Of a DNA stretch of 64,000 bases, positions 47,065 to 57,190 are shown piece by piece (position 1 is the first letter of the stretch; every line of letters starts with the position of its first letter). Origin of the DNA: an uncultured virus (IMG/VR IMGVR_UViG_3300033388_000817) (Duplodnaviria; Heunggongvirae; Uroviricota; Caudoviricetes; Crassvirales). Location of the stretch: the IMG/VR virus record IMGVR_UViG_3300033388_000817; one strand, given 5' to 3'. Below the pieces are notes generated by a model. The model was not told where the DNA came from. It saw nothing but the letters and a program-made list of their open reading frames with translations, and made no database searches. The position numbers and the translations under genes are program-made.

Positions 47065-49612
47065 AGGATCTGAAGATATATTTGTATTAACAGCTAGACC
47101 ACAAGATGCGGCTGGTCCTATTAAAGAATTCTTGGCAAGCTTAGGTTTAAATATACCTTTAAAAAATATAACTGGATTAGCGGATGGTAGACCTAAGGCT
47201 AAAGCTGATTGGATGATAGGTAAGTTTGCTGAAGGATATAATGATTTTTATTTTACAGACGATCACTTGGGCAATGTTAGAGCTGTTAAAGATGTTTTAG
47301 ACGTTTTAGATGTTAAGTCTAAAGTTCAACAAGCTAGAGTTAAGTTTCAAAAAGATTTAGATTTTGAGTTCAACAAAATGATTGAACGAAACAAAGGTGT
47401 AAAAGCAGAAGCTAGATATTCTCAAGTTGTAGCTCAAAGACTAGGTAAAAATAAGAAGAGATTTAATTTGTTTTTACCGCCATCAGCAGAAGACTTTAAA
47501 GGTTTAACATCTTACATGTTTGCTGGTAAAGGTAAGCAAGGTGAAATGGATCAAGACTTTTTTGATAAAGCTTTAATAAGACCTTACACCTCAGCTGTTG
47601 CGGCTATAGAAACTGCTAAGCAAAGAGTATCTAATGATTATAGAAACTTGATGGCTAACTTTCCTGAAATTAAAAAAGTATTAAGAAGTAAAATACCAGG
47701 TGAGCAATTTACTTATGACGAAGCTGTTAGGGTTTATTTATGGGATCAAGCTGATTTTGAAATACCAGGTATATCTAATAGAGATAAAAACATACTAACT
47801 AAAATAGTAAGAGAAGATCCTAACTTACAATCGTTTGCTGATGGAGTTCTTTTAATTACTAAAAAAGATACTTATGTTGAGCCTCCTACCTATTGGCAGG
47901 GTCAAACAATACTTGGTGACTTAAACACTATAACAACAAAAGTAAATAGAGCAGAGTATCTATCTGAGTTTAACGAAAACGTAGATATAATATTTAGCGA
48001 ACAAAACTTAACTAAAATAGAAGCCGTATATGGCTCTAGAGTTAGAGAGTCTTTAGAGAATATTATATGGAGAATGAAAAATGGAACTAATAGACCAAAA
48101 GGTAGTGACAGGCAAACAAACGCTTGGATGAATTGGTTAAATAGATCTATAGGAGCTATAATGTTTTTTAATAGAAGATCAGCTTTACTTCAGTTAATAT
48201 CTAGTGTTAACTTTATAAACTGGTCTGACAATAATCCTTTTATGGCTGGTAAAGCTTTTGCAAATCAATCTCAATACTGGTCTGATGTTGTAAGGTTATT
48301 TAATTCTGATAAATTAAAACAACGTAGAGCCGGTTTAAAAGGTGATATTAATGAAGCTGAAATTGCAGCTGCAGTTAAAGGTTCTAAAAATAAAATGAGT
48401 ACCTTTATAAGTATATTACTAAGAAACGGTTTTGTATTTACTCAAATAGCAGATAGTGTAGCTATAGCAACTGGTGGCGCAACGTTTTATAGAAACAGAA
48501 TTAATACGTATAAAAAGCAAGGGCTAAGTCAAACAGAGGCGGAGACTAAGGCGTTTGAAGATTTTTCTAGAACATCTGAAGAGTCTCAGCAGTCGGCAGA
48601 TCCCTCTATGATATCACAGCAGCAAGCTGGTATGTTAGGTAGGTTTTTACTTAACTTTCAAAACACACCTATGCAGTATACAAGGTTAATGAAAAAAGCT
48701 GGACTTGATTTAATAAACGGTAGAGGTGATGCTAAGACTAATATATCGAAAATAGTTTACTATGGTATGGTTCAGAATTTAATATTCTCAACATTACAAA
48801 ACGCATTGTTTGCTATGATACCAGGTTTTGATGAACCAGATGATGAGTTGACCGAGGAAGAGCAATTAGAAAAATACGGAAAGGTATTAAGCAAGAAACA
48901 AGATAGAATAATAAATGGTATGATTGATACCATATTAAGAGGTTCTGGTGTAGGTGGAGCTGTTATATCTACAATTAAAAACGCTATAAATAGATACAAC
49001 TTTGAAGAAAAGAAAGGTTTTACAGCTGATCACACATATACGGTACTGGAACTTGCTAACTTATCTCCAGCATTAGGATCTAAATTAAGAAAAATTTATT
49101 CTGCTATACAAACAAAGAAGTTTGAAAAAGACGTTATAGCTGAAAAAGGATTTAGTGTTACAATTGACGGTAGATTTCAACTAAGCCCATCCTATCAAGT
49201 TGTTGGTAGTGTAGTTTCTGGAGCTGCTAATATACCAATGGATAGAATGGTAGCAGAGATAAATGCTATTACGGAAGCTTTTGATAATAGAAATACTATA
49301 TACCAAAGAGTAGCTTTAGCTTTAGGATTCAGAACATGGGATGTTAATTCTAAAATAGAAGAATTTGATTTAATAAAAGCAGATGCTAAAATTCGTAGAA
49401 AAGAAGAAGGTAAAATAAAAGCTAAAGAAACTAGAAAAAGAAAAGCTCAAGAAAAAGCAAGACTTAAAAAACTAGAAGAAGAAAGATACAACAACATGAG
49501 TGATTCTCAAAAGTTAGAGTATGATCTTCAGAAGGACAAAGAGTTTCAAGAAAAAATAGATAGCGCTATAGAAAAAGCTATGGAAAAATTAGATAAACTC
49601 TATAACGAATGA
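46979..49612 (+). CDS. giant internal virion protein, part 3 (rest of HAD domain plus helical C-terminus)
   Basis: IFVLTARP, K, FYFTDD complete the HAD motifs begun in the previous frame. Confidence 0.75.
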   Translation: MLVRLLKMQVKWKQKELCGIFLSLAQDARGSEDIFVLTARPQDAAGPIKEFLASLGLNIPLKNITGLADGRPKAKADWMIGKFAEGYNDFYFTDDHLGNVRAVKDVLDVLDVKSKVQQARVKFQKDLDFEFNKMIERNKGVKAEARYSQVVAQRLGKNKKRFNLFLPPSAEDFKGLTSYMFAGKGKQGEMDQDFFDKALIRPYTSAVAAIETAKQRVSNDYRNLMANFPEIKKVLRSKIPGEQFTYDEAVRVYLWDQADFEIPGISNRDKNILTKIVREDPNLQSFADGVLLITKKDTYVEPPTYWQGQTILGDLNTITTKVNRAEYLSEFNENVDIIFSEQNLTKIEAVYGSRVRESLENIIWRMKNGTNRPKGSDRQTNAWMNWLNRSIGAIMFFNRRSALLQLISSVNFINWSDNNPFMAGKAFANQSQYWSDVVRLFNSDKLKQRRAGLKGDINEAEIAAAVKGSKNKMSTFISILLRNGFVFTQIADSVAIATGGATFYRNRINTYKKQGLSQTEAETKAFEDFSRTSEESQQSADPSMISQQQAGMLGRFLLNFQNTPMQYTRLMKKAGLDLINGRGDAKTNISKIVYYGMVQNLIFSTLQNALFAMIPGFDEPDDELTEEEQLEKYGKVLSKKQDRIINGMIDTILRGSGVGGAVISTIKNAINRYNFEEKKGFTADHTYTVLELANLSPALGSKLRKIYSAIQTKKFEKDVIAEKGFSVTIDGRFQLSPSYQVVGSVVSGAANIPMDRMVAEINAITEAFDNRNTIYQRVALALGFRTWDVNSKIEEFDLIKADAKIRRKEEGKIKAKETRKRKAQEKARLKKLEEERYNNMSDSQKLEYDLQKDKEFQEKIDSAIEKAMEKLDKLYNE

Positions 49613-50034
49613 GAACAATAAATAAAATAATAGTACACTGTTCTGCTACGCAAGAAGGTAGAGATTTAGATGCTGCAGAAATAAATCGTTGGCATTTAAA
49701 AAGAGGCTGGAACGGTATAGGTTACCATTATGTAGTTTTATTAGACGGTACTATAGAATATGGCCGTAGCATATACAAACAAGGAGCTCATGTTAAAGGC
49801 GAAAATGAAGGCTCTATAGGTATTTGTTATATTGGAGGCGTTGAATCAGAACGCGGTTCTAATGGAAAATGGATTGCTAAGGATACTAGAACACCAGAAC
49901 AAAAAGAAAGTTTATTATTGTTGCTTAAAACATTAAAGAAAATGCACTCGGAAGCTACAATACATGGACACAATGAGTTTGCGGCTAAAAGTTGCCCATG
50001 CTTCGATGCTAATAAAGAATATTGTAATATATAA
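49609..50034 (+). CDS. N-acetylmuramoyl-L-alanine amidase (T7 lysozyme-like endolysin)
   Basis: IIVHCSAT, IGYHY, GAHVKG, SIGICYIGG, GHNEF..KSCPCF. Confidence 0.93.
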   Translation: MRTINKIIVHCSATQEGRDLDAAEINRWHLKRGWNGIGYHYVVLLDGTIEYGRSIYKQGAHVKGENEGSIGICYIGGVESERGSNGKWIAKDTRTPEQKESLLLLLKTLKKMHSEATIHGHNEFAAKSCPCFDANKEYCNI

Positions 50035-50044
50035 AAAATTAAAA

Positions 50045-50332
50045 ATGGCTTATAAAGTAAAAGGACCTGCTATAAAAGAAAAAGCTTACGAAAAGCAAAA
50101 CAGGAAAATGCGTAAAGATTACACTGCTGAAACTGGTAAAAAGCTAGGATCAAGACAAACGTCTGGAACTGGTAAACGTAGAGTTTCTTTCGCTTGTAGA
50201 TTTGCCGGTATGGCGGGCGCAATGAAAGACGCTAAAGGAGAACCAACTAAAAAAGCAATGGCTTTAAAAAAATGGGGGTTTGGTAGCGTTGCCGCTGCTA
50301 GAACTTTTTGTAATAAACACAAAGAAAAATGA
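50045..50332 (+). CDS. basic hypothetical protein (RRxSFxxRFxGM family)
   Basis: Likely ATG at 50045; KRRVSFACRFAGM...ALKKWG. Confidence 0.7.
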   Translation: MAYKVKGPAIKEKAYEKQNRKMRKDYTAETGKKLGSRQTSGTGKRRVSFACRFAGMAGAMKDAKGEPTKKAMALKKWGFGSVAAARTFCNKHKEK

Positions 50333-50880
50333 GAGATAAAATTAGAGGAATAAAAGGATTTCATATGGGTGCGGCTAATCCTACACCGCTAGATAAACTC
50401 AGAAGAAAAGATGCGCCTAGAGGTAGTCAAGCTACTATATCCGCTCCTACACCTGAAGATAGTGCTTGGCAACAACTTAAAACTTTTGTTAGTAATCCTT
50501 TTGATGGCACTAGAGCTTTGGTGAACGAAGCAAGAGGAGGTATAAGAGAAGCTTTTGGTTTAAGTGATCAAGGCGATAGAGATGGAGTTTATGGTAGTCT
50601 TACTAATTTAAGAAGAGCTAATGAATCTGAAGACAAACAAACTCAAGAAGCTCTAAGTAGATCAAGCGCTTTTAATTCTGTTTCTTCTATGGTACCAGTT
50701 GCTTTAACGGCTCAAACAGTTTCTGATGCTATTAGTGGTGATGTTACTTCATTAGCCACCAAAAAATTAAACAAAATACCTGTAGTTAAAGATATAGTTA
50801 AAAATCCAAAGCTAGCTAAAAAGATAGCTAAAACCGCTTACAATGCCTTGAAAACAAACAAAAACATAAACATAAACTAA
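50329..50880 (+). CDS. hypothetical protein
   Basis: 183 aa, GAAN motif near the N-terminus. Confidence 0.7.
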   Translation: MRDKIRGIKGFHMGAANPTPLDKLRRKDAPRGSQATISAPTPEDSAWQQLKTFVSNPFDGTRALVNEARGGIREAFGLSDQGDRDGVYGSLTNLRRANESEDKQTQEALSRSSAFNSVSSMVPVALTAQTVSDAISGDVTSLATKKLNKIPVVKDIVKNPKLAKKIAKTAYNALKTNKNININ

Positions 50881-50882
50881 AA

Positions 50883-51044
50883 ATGGACGTGCAGCAATTT
50901 AAACTCTACTTAATTAACGGATCAACTCTGGGTGTAACAACATTTACAAAAATAGAAATGGGATTAAAAATAGTTCTTTTATTAGTTACTATAGGTTATA
51001 CTATATCAAAATGGATAGAAATTAACAACAAAAAAAATAAATAA
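50883..51044 (+). CDS. small membrane protein, holin-like (53 aa)
   Basis: MDVQQFKLYLINGSTLG...LKIVLLLVTIGYTISKW, basic tail. Confidence 0.65.
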   Translation: MDVQQFKLYLINGSTLGVTTFTKIEMGLKIVLLLVTIGYTISKWIEINNKKNK

Positions 51045-51047
51045 ATT

Positions 51048-51188
51048 ATGGGAAAATTATTAGTAAAATTAGGTTTAGCCTTACAATCATGGTGGAAAAA
51101 GTTGATGTGCAAGTGGAACTGGTTAGTTTCTAAATTAATTGTAGATGTCAAAGATTGTCCAGTGGCACAATGTGTTTGTAAGAAATAA
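51048..51188 (+). CDS. small Trp/Cys-rich protein (46 aa)
   Basis: MGKLLVKLGLALQSWWKK...CPVAQCVCKK*. Confidence 0.6.
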   Translation: MGKLLVKLGLALQSWWKKLMCKWNWLVSKLIVDVKDCPVAQCVCKK

Positions 51189-51190
51189 AT

Positions 51191-51541
51191 ATGAAAAATA
51201 TAGATCGCTTAAGAGGAGCAGCTAAAAGAGGTGCTGCTAATAAATATAGTAATTTTGGACAAGCTATTCAAAGTGCTGTTAGTGCTATGCCAGGAATGTC
51301 ACCAACTCCTTTTGCTGCAGAAATTCCATTTTCTACTGAAATATCTGTAGAAGATAGACAAAAGCTTAATGATAAAGCAGATATACAAGTTGGAATAAAT
51401 AACATAGAAGATGTTATGAAAAATGAAGACAACTATAGAAAAAGTGGTAAAATGAAAGGTAAGGCTAAAAGAGAGATTAGAAAAAATCAAAGAGAAATAA
51501 AGCCTAAAAGAGAAGAATATAGAGAAAAATATGATGAATAA
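51191..51541 (+). CDS. hypothetical protein
   Basis: 116 aa, RGAAKRGAANK. Confidence 0.7.
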   Translation: MKNIDRLRGAAKRGAANKYSNFGQAIQSAVSAMPGMSPTPFAAEIPFSTEISVEDRQKLNDKADIQVGINNIEDVMKNEDNYRKSGKMKGKAKREIRKNQREIKPKREEYREKYDE

Positions 51542-51587
51542 GGAACAAAGATAACTGGGCGTACCATACCCAAAAGTTCCTGTAACC

Positions 51588-51615
51588 GAAGGGGATCTCA
51601 AGCGAGGTCCCCTTC
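51588..51615. terminator. terminator hairpin at the convergence of the two transcription blocks
   Basis: GAAGGGGATCTC-AAGC-GAGGTCCCCTTC followed by ATTGTTTTT. Confidence 0.8.
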
Positions 51616-51622
51616 ATTGTTT

Positions 51623-53341
51623 TTATCCGTCACAGGCAATACAATCTTCACTCATAGCTTGTTGTGCTATATCACCGCGAAGTACTGATTCAGTTCTAGT
51701 ATAGTATAAGGTTTTAATACCTTTCTTCCACGCCTCAAAATGAACTTTGTTAATCCACTTTGGTGTAGCTACACTAGGAAAAGCTAAGTTTAAACTAACT
51801 GACTGATCTACATATTGCTGTCTCAGTCCAGCTTGGTTAACAAGCTCTAATTGATTAATCTCCTTAAAAGTTTTAAATACCTCTTTTGCGGGTGTTTCGT
51901 GTGCCAAAGTAACATCATCAAGCTCAGTAATATTTTGCACGCTACCACCATCAGCCATGATCTTATCCCACGTTTCATTATTATTTATTTTAAGTTTTCT
52001 AAGTAGTTTTACTAGAGTTGGATTTTTTCTAATAAAAGTACCTTTAGCAGATTGCTCAGTAAATACATTAGCAGCCCAAGGTTCTATTCCTGGCGAAACG
52101 TTTCCGCTAAGCTTTGAATTGCTAACAGTGGGAGCAACAGCACGCAAGTGAGTATTGCGCATACCAGTATTAGCACACCACAAAGGCTCACCATAAGTTT
52201 CAGCAAGTGCCATGGAAGCTCTTTCGCTTTCAATTTTAATTTGACTAAATATTTTCCTAGTTTCAAACTGAGCAAGTAACCCTTCGAACGAAATACCTTT
52301 TTCCTGTAAGTATGTGTGCCAGCCCAAAACTCCCAAGCCAAGCGCTCTTCCTTTCGTAGCTGACCTAACTGCGTTTTCAAAGCCTCGTAAGCCTTTAGCT
52401 CTTTGTATAAACTCTTCCATGACGCCATCAAGGAACCATATACTGTCGTAAATAAGGTTAGTACCTTTCCATTCTTCATATTTAGCTAAGTTTAATGATG
52501 ATAAGCAACATACAAAACTATGATTTTCATCCGTGTGTAATGTAATTTCTGAACATATGTTTGTCATATGTACCTTTAGTCCGTTTTCTTTATATGCTTT
52601 TGGATTATTTTTATTAACGTTCCCTTTAAACATAATATACGGTTCTCCAGTTGCTTTTCGTTTTCTAAGTAATTTACTCCATCTAGCTCTAGCATTCGCA
52701 TCTCCTTGTTCAAGGCGTCGCATAAACTTATCGCCCACAATTGCGCACTGATGTAGATTAAGCGATTGTCTGTTAACATCTCCTTTGGGTTCTCTAATTT
52801 CAAGCCACTCTTCGAAATCATCGTGGTCAATATTGATGTTAACCGATGCTGCTCCTCTTCTGACTGATCCTTGATTAGTCGCGAGTATTGTTGAATCATA
52901 GATTTTACAAAAGGGTACAACTCCGTCTGATGTTCCATTTCCTGTTATTTTAGCGCCGGCGGGTCTGATTTGATTTATACCAATGCCAACTCCACCGCCG
53001 TGCTTAGCGAGTAGCATCATCTCTAGGTTTTTCTGTCCAATATCCTGTATTGAATCAGCCACGTCAATACCAAAGCAACTAATAGGTAAGCCGCGATCAG
53101 TCCCAGTGTTTGAGAGTACAGGACTAGCAAGACACAACCAACCGTTCCAAATATAATTAAAAAACGTTTCTGCCATTTCTGGTTTATATAATCGTCTAGC
53201 CACAGTTTTAGCAACACGCATGTAAGCATCACGTGGCGTTTCATCTTGTAATAAGTATCCACCAGATATTGTTTTTTTATAGACGTCTGTGTTTCCCCAT
53301 ACTGGGTAGTCTTCTCCTTTGATCCATTCATTGTTCCACAT
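51623..53341 (-). CDS. nrdA: class I ribonucleotide reductase alpha subunit (no ATP cone)
   Basis: PISCF, GGGVG, TNICSEI, VAPTVS, DQSVSLN, KTLYY, C-terminal CIACDG; likely start MWNNEW at 53341. Confidence 0.95.
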   Translation of the reverse strand: MWNNEWIKGEDYPVWGNTDVYKKTISGGYLLQDETPRDAYMRVAKTVARRLYKPEMAETFFNYIWNGWLCLASPVLSNTGTDRGLPISCFGIDVADSIQDIGQKNLEMMLLAKHGGGVGIGINQIRPAGAKITGNGTSDGVVPFCKIYDSTILATNQGSVRRGAASVNINIDHDDFEEWLEIREPKGDVNRQSLNLHQCAIVGDKFMRRLEQGDANARARWSKLLRKRKATGEPYIMFKGNVNKNNPKAYKENGLKVHMTNICSEITLHTDENHSFVCCLSSLNLAKYEEWKGTNLIYDSIWFLDGVMEEFIQRAKGLRGFENAVRSATKGRALGLGVLGWHTYLQEKGISFEGLLAQFETRKIFSQIKIESERASMALAETYGEPLWCANTGMRNTHLRAVAPTVSNSKLSGNVSPGIEPWAANVFTEQSAKGTFIRKNPTLVKLLRKLKINNNETWDKIMADGGSVQNITELDDVTLAHETPAKEVFKTFKEINQLELVNQAGLRQQYVDQSVSLNLAFPSVATPKWINKVHFEAWKKGIKTLYYTRTESVLRGDIAQQAMSEDCIACDG

Positions 53342-53619
53342 TATGAAAAATATAATATTATGTAGGCAATTGCTACGTTTAAATTTACGAACACTAAGTT
53401 CCATTGTTTTGCCACAAATACTTGAGGTATTGAAATAATACCTGCTATAATATAAGTGATCATACCTCTTTCATCAGGTAATAAATGAGGACTTGTCATC
53501 ATAAACGCAGTCCCCATATACCCTAGTCTATTAGCTAATCTTTCAGTCGGACTTAATTTCCTCTGCTTTACTAGATTTTTCAACCACATCCTTTTTAAGT
53601 TCTTTGATTGCTTTTTCAT
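53341..53619 (-). CDS. small membrane protein
   Basis: Hydrophobic segments; start uncertain. Confidence 0.6.
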   Translation of the reverse strand: MKKQSKNLKRMWLKNLVKQRKLSPTERLANRLGYMGTAFMMTSPHLLPDERGMITYIIAGIISIPQVFVAKQWNLVFVNLNVAIAYIILYFS

Positions 53620-53758
53620 ATCCAGGCATTTTTTTAATTGTTTCTAATGTTCCTATTGCTAAGTCTTTTACTTGTGTTATTTCATTAAGAAGATGCTGTG
53701 TTACCCTTACAACCGCATCCATCTTGTTTTTCATCTCTATTAGTTTTGATTCCTTCAT
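53543..53758 (-). CDS. hypothetical coiled-coil protein
   Basis: 71-aa ORF. Confidence 0.7.
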   Translation of the reverse strand: MKESKLIEMKNKMDAVVRVTQHLLNEITQVKDLAIGTLETIKKMPGYEKAIKELKKDVVEKSSKAEEIKSD

Positions 53759-54404
53759 TTGATCTTGCTATTTTATTTTTTAATACAAGTTGATTTTTTG
53801 CTTTTTTAAAATCATGAAAAGCCACTTGTCTGGGTCCTGTTAATTTTTTTAATTTATAAAACATAACTAACACCTCTCTACTTTCTTTAAATTCATTAGG
53901 ATATTTGCTATGAAAATAATTACAAGGATAAGATATTAGTCTATTTTGTTTATGTCCTATAACAGACTTTAAGTCCCATTTAGATGTATCATTAGCATCA
54001 GACGTTAAAAGCTTATTAAAGTCGTCCTCAGAGCCTCCTGGATATGTATCTCCAAGATCTTTGTGAGACCAAAAAGCAGTACCATTTAATTCTTTGGTTT
54101 TATTTTCAGACAAATAAAGAACTATAGCTTTTTCAGGTTGCTGTCCTTCTATTATAGTATCATTGTGTATACGCCAATCATTATCTTGCCCTTCTTTAGC
54201 TTGTCTAAAAAAGCATAATATATTTTCAACTTGTCTATTTTCTATGTATGATATTTTATTTATCATATAGTCAACTAAAAGACTATCAGGTTCTTTAACC
54301 CAAAAAGATTTACCAGGAGTTTTTACTTCCTGATAATCTCTTTTGTCTAACAACAGTGTGTCTAAAAGTTCTTTTTCTAAAAAATTATCTTCTATATAAA
54401 TCAT
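53685..54404 (-). CDS. 2OG-Fe(II) oxygenase-like protein
   Basis: IYIEDNFL, IHND (HxD), VLYLS, GTAFW, NRLISY..YFHS, R. Confidence 0.85.
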   Translation of the reverse strand: MIYIEDNFLEKELLDTLLLDKRDYQEVKTPGKSFWVKEPDSLLVDYMINKISYIENRQVENILCFFRQAKEGQDNDWRIHNDTIIEGQQPEKAIVLYLSENKTKELNGTAFWSHKDLGDTYPGGSEDDFNKLLTSDANDTSKWDLKSVIGHKQNRLISYPCNYFHSKYPNEFKESREVLVMFYKLKKLTGPRQVAFHDFKKAKNQLVLKNKIARSNEGIKTNRDEKQDGCGCKGNTASS

Positions 54405-54433
54405 CTATATCTTCTTGTGTTATGTTTATCCAA

Positions 54434-55402
54434 CTACCAGATGTCCTCGAAGTCTTCACCCTCGCCAGCTTTTGAATAATCTGTTGGCCTAATTGCGAAA
54501 AAATCAGTATGAGTGACCCCGCCGGTAAGATGATAGAACCAATCAAGATTAGTTGCTGCTTTTTTGTCATATGAGAAATACGATCCAAGATCGATATAAC
54601 CCAGTTCAATAAGTTTTTCATTTGTTCTTTTTCTTATAAATTGTTTTAAGTCATAAGCTTTAATGCCTTCAATATCACCCATCTCAAACATTTTATCTAT
54701 GTACTTTTCTTCTAAAGCCACCATAGCTTCTGCGGCTGTAATTACATCTGATCTACAAGCTTCTAATAGCTTATTATCTTCTTGACACATATGCTTAAAT
54801 AATTGACAACCCATTTTACTATGTAGGCTTTCATCACGGACAGACCATTTCATTTGTTGCCCGATACCCTTAAGTAAATTTCGAAGCTGAAAACTATAAA
54901 GCACTGCAAAAGCACTATACAAACTAACTCCTTCAGCGAAGGCTGAAAACACAGCCAAGCTTTTCGCAATACCAGTAGTATCACTGCCGTTGTAAGCAAC
55001 CAGATTATCAAATCTTTCAGCCGTTGCTGGCTCGTGAAGAAATGCTTCATAATCTTCTAGTTTTAATGTTTCATTTAAATAACTATATGCCACAGCATGC
55101 ACGGTTTCTTGTGAGCCAAACATCATAGCCATTTGTCTTATTTCGTGTTTAGGAAACCACGATACGACTTTCTGGGTCCAATAGTCTGAAACAGCGCATT
55201 CGGTCTGCGCGAATCCAAGAAGTATGTTCCCAACAAGGTTTTTTTCTTTTTCGTTAAGTCTTTCATTCCAATCTTTTATATCACTTTGCATTGAGATTTC
55301 TGTATGTAGCCAGAAAGCTTGTGCTTGTTTTAACCAACCCTCAGTATAATACTCAGGATAATCAAACGGCTTGTACGCTATGCGCTCATCAAATAATCCC
55401 AT
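54434..55402 (-). CDS. nrdB: class I ribonucleotide reductase beta subunit
   Basis: AFWLHTEI, ETVHAVAY, EGVSLYSAF, RDESLH, TDFF...TDY. Confidence 0.95.
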   Translation of the reverse strand: MGLFDERIAYKPFDYPEYYTEGWLKQAQAFWLHTEISMQSDIKDWNERLNEKEKNLVGNILLGFAQTECAVSDYWTQKVVSWFPKHEIRQMAMMFGSQETVHAVAYSYLNETLKLEDYEAFLHEPATAERFDNLVAYNGSDTTGIAKSLAVFSAFAEGVSLYSAFAVLYSFQLRNLLKGIGQQMKWSVRDESLHSKMGCQLFKHMCQEDNKLLEACRSDVITAAEAMVALEEKYIDKMFEMGDIEGIKAYDLKQFIRKRTNEKLIELGYIDLGSYFSYDKKAATNLDWFYHLTGGVTHTDFFAIRPTDYSKAGEGEDFEDIW

Positions 55403-55671
55403 TATTTATATATTTCTAAAGCTATGTCAATAAAAGGTATATACATAACGTGTGTGTCTTGACTTTCTTCATTATAAGATCTTATTCCAAACAACACACC
55501 TGGGTAAAACCCAACTGACAAGCTCCAATTTTTTATTTCTTTATCCATAGCACTTTATTCCGTATTTATTTTGTACTTCTACAAGCTCTTTGTAGATAAC
55601 TTTATTTCTATTTTCAAAACTCCATTTCCACCACGTGTCTATTTTACGCTCAGCGTATTTTTGCCTTGCAA

Positions 55672-56124
55672 TTACTTTCGCGAGGTTAGGATTAACCTTA
55701 TTGTTTCGTCGCATTCTTTTTGATTTTGTGGTTTGTATAATGTAAAAGGACCTATTTTACTTTCTGATATTAGTTTCTTAAACATTTTCCATCTAAGTGG
55801 AAATGATTCATTTGCACGGCCTTTTGTTTCTATTATAAAACCTTTACCTACAAAATCAGGAGTATATTTAATATTAAGTATTTTTTTATTACCTCTATTT
55901 TTATAATCTCCTTTACCATTTCCACAACGCTCAAACGATTCAAATGGAAAATCAAAAGCTTCTTGAAGTTCAAATGTTTCTCCTTCATATAAAGCTCTGA
56001 TCTTAGCTTTTTTCAAAGCCATATACATATATCGTTCTAGGCCCGACGCAAAGTTAATACCGTCATATGATATCTTCTTTGATTGCACTGGGCCTTTTTT
56101 TCTTTTATAAGATTTCTTCTTCAT
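55672..56124 (-). CDS. T7 endonuclease I-like nuclease (Holliday junction resolvase)
   Basis: FASGLE, YE, YTPDF, IIETKG. Confidence 0.8.
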   Translation of the reverse strand: MKKKSYKRKKGPVQSKKISYDGINFASGLERYMYMALKKAKIRALYEGETFELQEAFDFPFESFERCGNGKGDYKNRGNKKILNIKYTPDFVGKGFIIETKGRANESFPLRWKMFKKLISESKIGPFTLYKPQNQKECDETIRLILTSRK

Positions 56125-56419
56125 TTATTTCAATGTCGTGATAGTGTAAACCATCGTTACCGTTTTGGCCTACAATATTTATTCTATTAAGCATAGCTTC
56201 TTCTATCTCATCTTGTAAACAATGTCTAGCTGATTCTAAGTATAGTATTGCGTCCATTAGTTCTTCTTGTACATCAACAATAAATCTGCCAAGATCTTTT
56301 TTTTGACCTTCGATCTCTTGCATCATTGTAGCTCCGTATTTCTTTTGACCTATTAAGCTACGTTCGTCCATCTTCCTTAGTACATTTTGTACTATCTTGT
56401 CTTGTGTTTTAATCTGCAT
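56105..56419 (-). CDS. MazG-superfamily (d)NTP pyrophosphohydrolase-like protein
   Basis: GQKKYG...QEELMDAILYL. Confidence 0.55.
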   Translation of the reverse strand: MQIKTQDKIVQNVLRKMDERSLIGQKKYGATMMQEIEGQKKDLGRFIVDVQEELMDAILYLESARHCLQDEIEEAMLNRINIVGQNGNDGLHYHDIEINEEEIL

Positions 56420-57185
56420 CTTTTACGAAAGTTCCGTTAATCATTTTACCAGTTCTTGCTGATATTTCAGTGTAAGCAGAATCAATACAATCTTCAATAG
56501 ACATACCCTCTAATTCAGCTAGATTAGTCAATACAACAACCATATCACCCACAGCATCTTGTATTTCTTCTTTATCTTTTTGTAATAAAGCTTTAGCCAG
56601 TTCACCAGCCTCTTCCATTAATTTGACATACTGTGTATGTGAATTGCCTCCATCATATATACCTCTAACCAACGCCCAGTTTCTAATAAGATCAAACCTT
56701 TCGCAATCTAAATTGTTAGATATACACTTGTTAGGATTATGTTTAGTATTAAAATAAGCTTCATAAAAAGCTTTATTATATATGTAGGATCTGTCTGCGT
56801 TAAACATGGATGTTTTTACGTTTTGCATAATCCATTGTATGTTCTCTTTTGTTATTTTAAACTGGCCGAACTCTGTTTTCCACGTTAAACCAATATTATC
56901 CGTTAACCTGCCTTTTAACTTATTGACAGGGACAGGGAATGTTGAGGTTTGTTCTGTTGCGTTTATTTTCATTTTATTAAATAATTGTTTATATAGTTTT
57001 ATATCTTTCTTATAGCCATAAGACTGTTGAAGCTCTATTTCGCGGTCTGATATATAATCTATATCGTCTGACTGCTCAAGAACTTCATACTCATTCTCCT
57101 TGTATCCTTGCACAAGGGTTACCCTGCTATTAAGATCACGTGTAACACCGATCTTTTTACCTGGTATGTGGTATAAATAATACAT
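56409..57185 (-). CDS. GIY-YIG-like N-terminal domain fused to a MazG-like pyrophosphatase
   Basis: YYLY...KIGVT...R...REIELQ; KLMEEAGELA...DAVGDMVVVL. Confidence 0.75.
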   Translation of the reverse strand: MYYLYHIPGKKIGVTRDLNSRVTLVQGYKENEYEVLEQSDDIDYISDREIELQQSYGYKKDIKLYKQLFNKMKINATEQTSTFPVPVNKLKGRLTDNIGLTWKTEFGQFKITKENIQWIMQNVKTSMFNADRSYIYNKAFYEAYFNTKHNPNKCISNNLDCERFDLIRNWALVRGIYDGGNSHTQYVKLMEEAGELAKALLQKDKEEIQDAVGDMVVVLTNLAELEGMSIEDCIDSAYTEISARTGKMINGTFVKDAD

Positions 57186-57190
57186 ATTTT

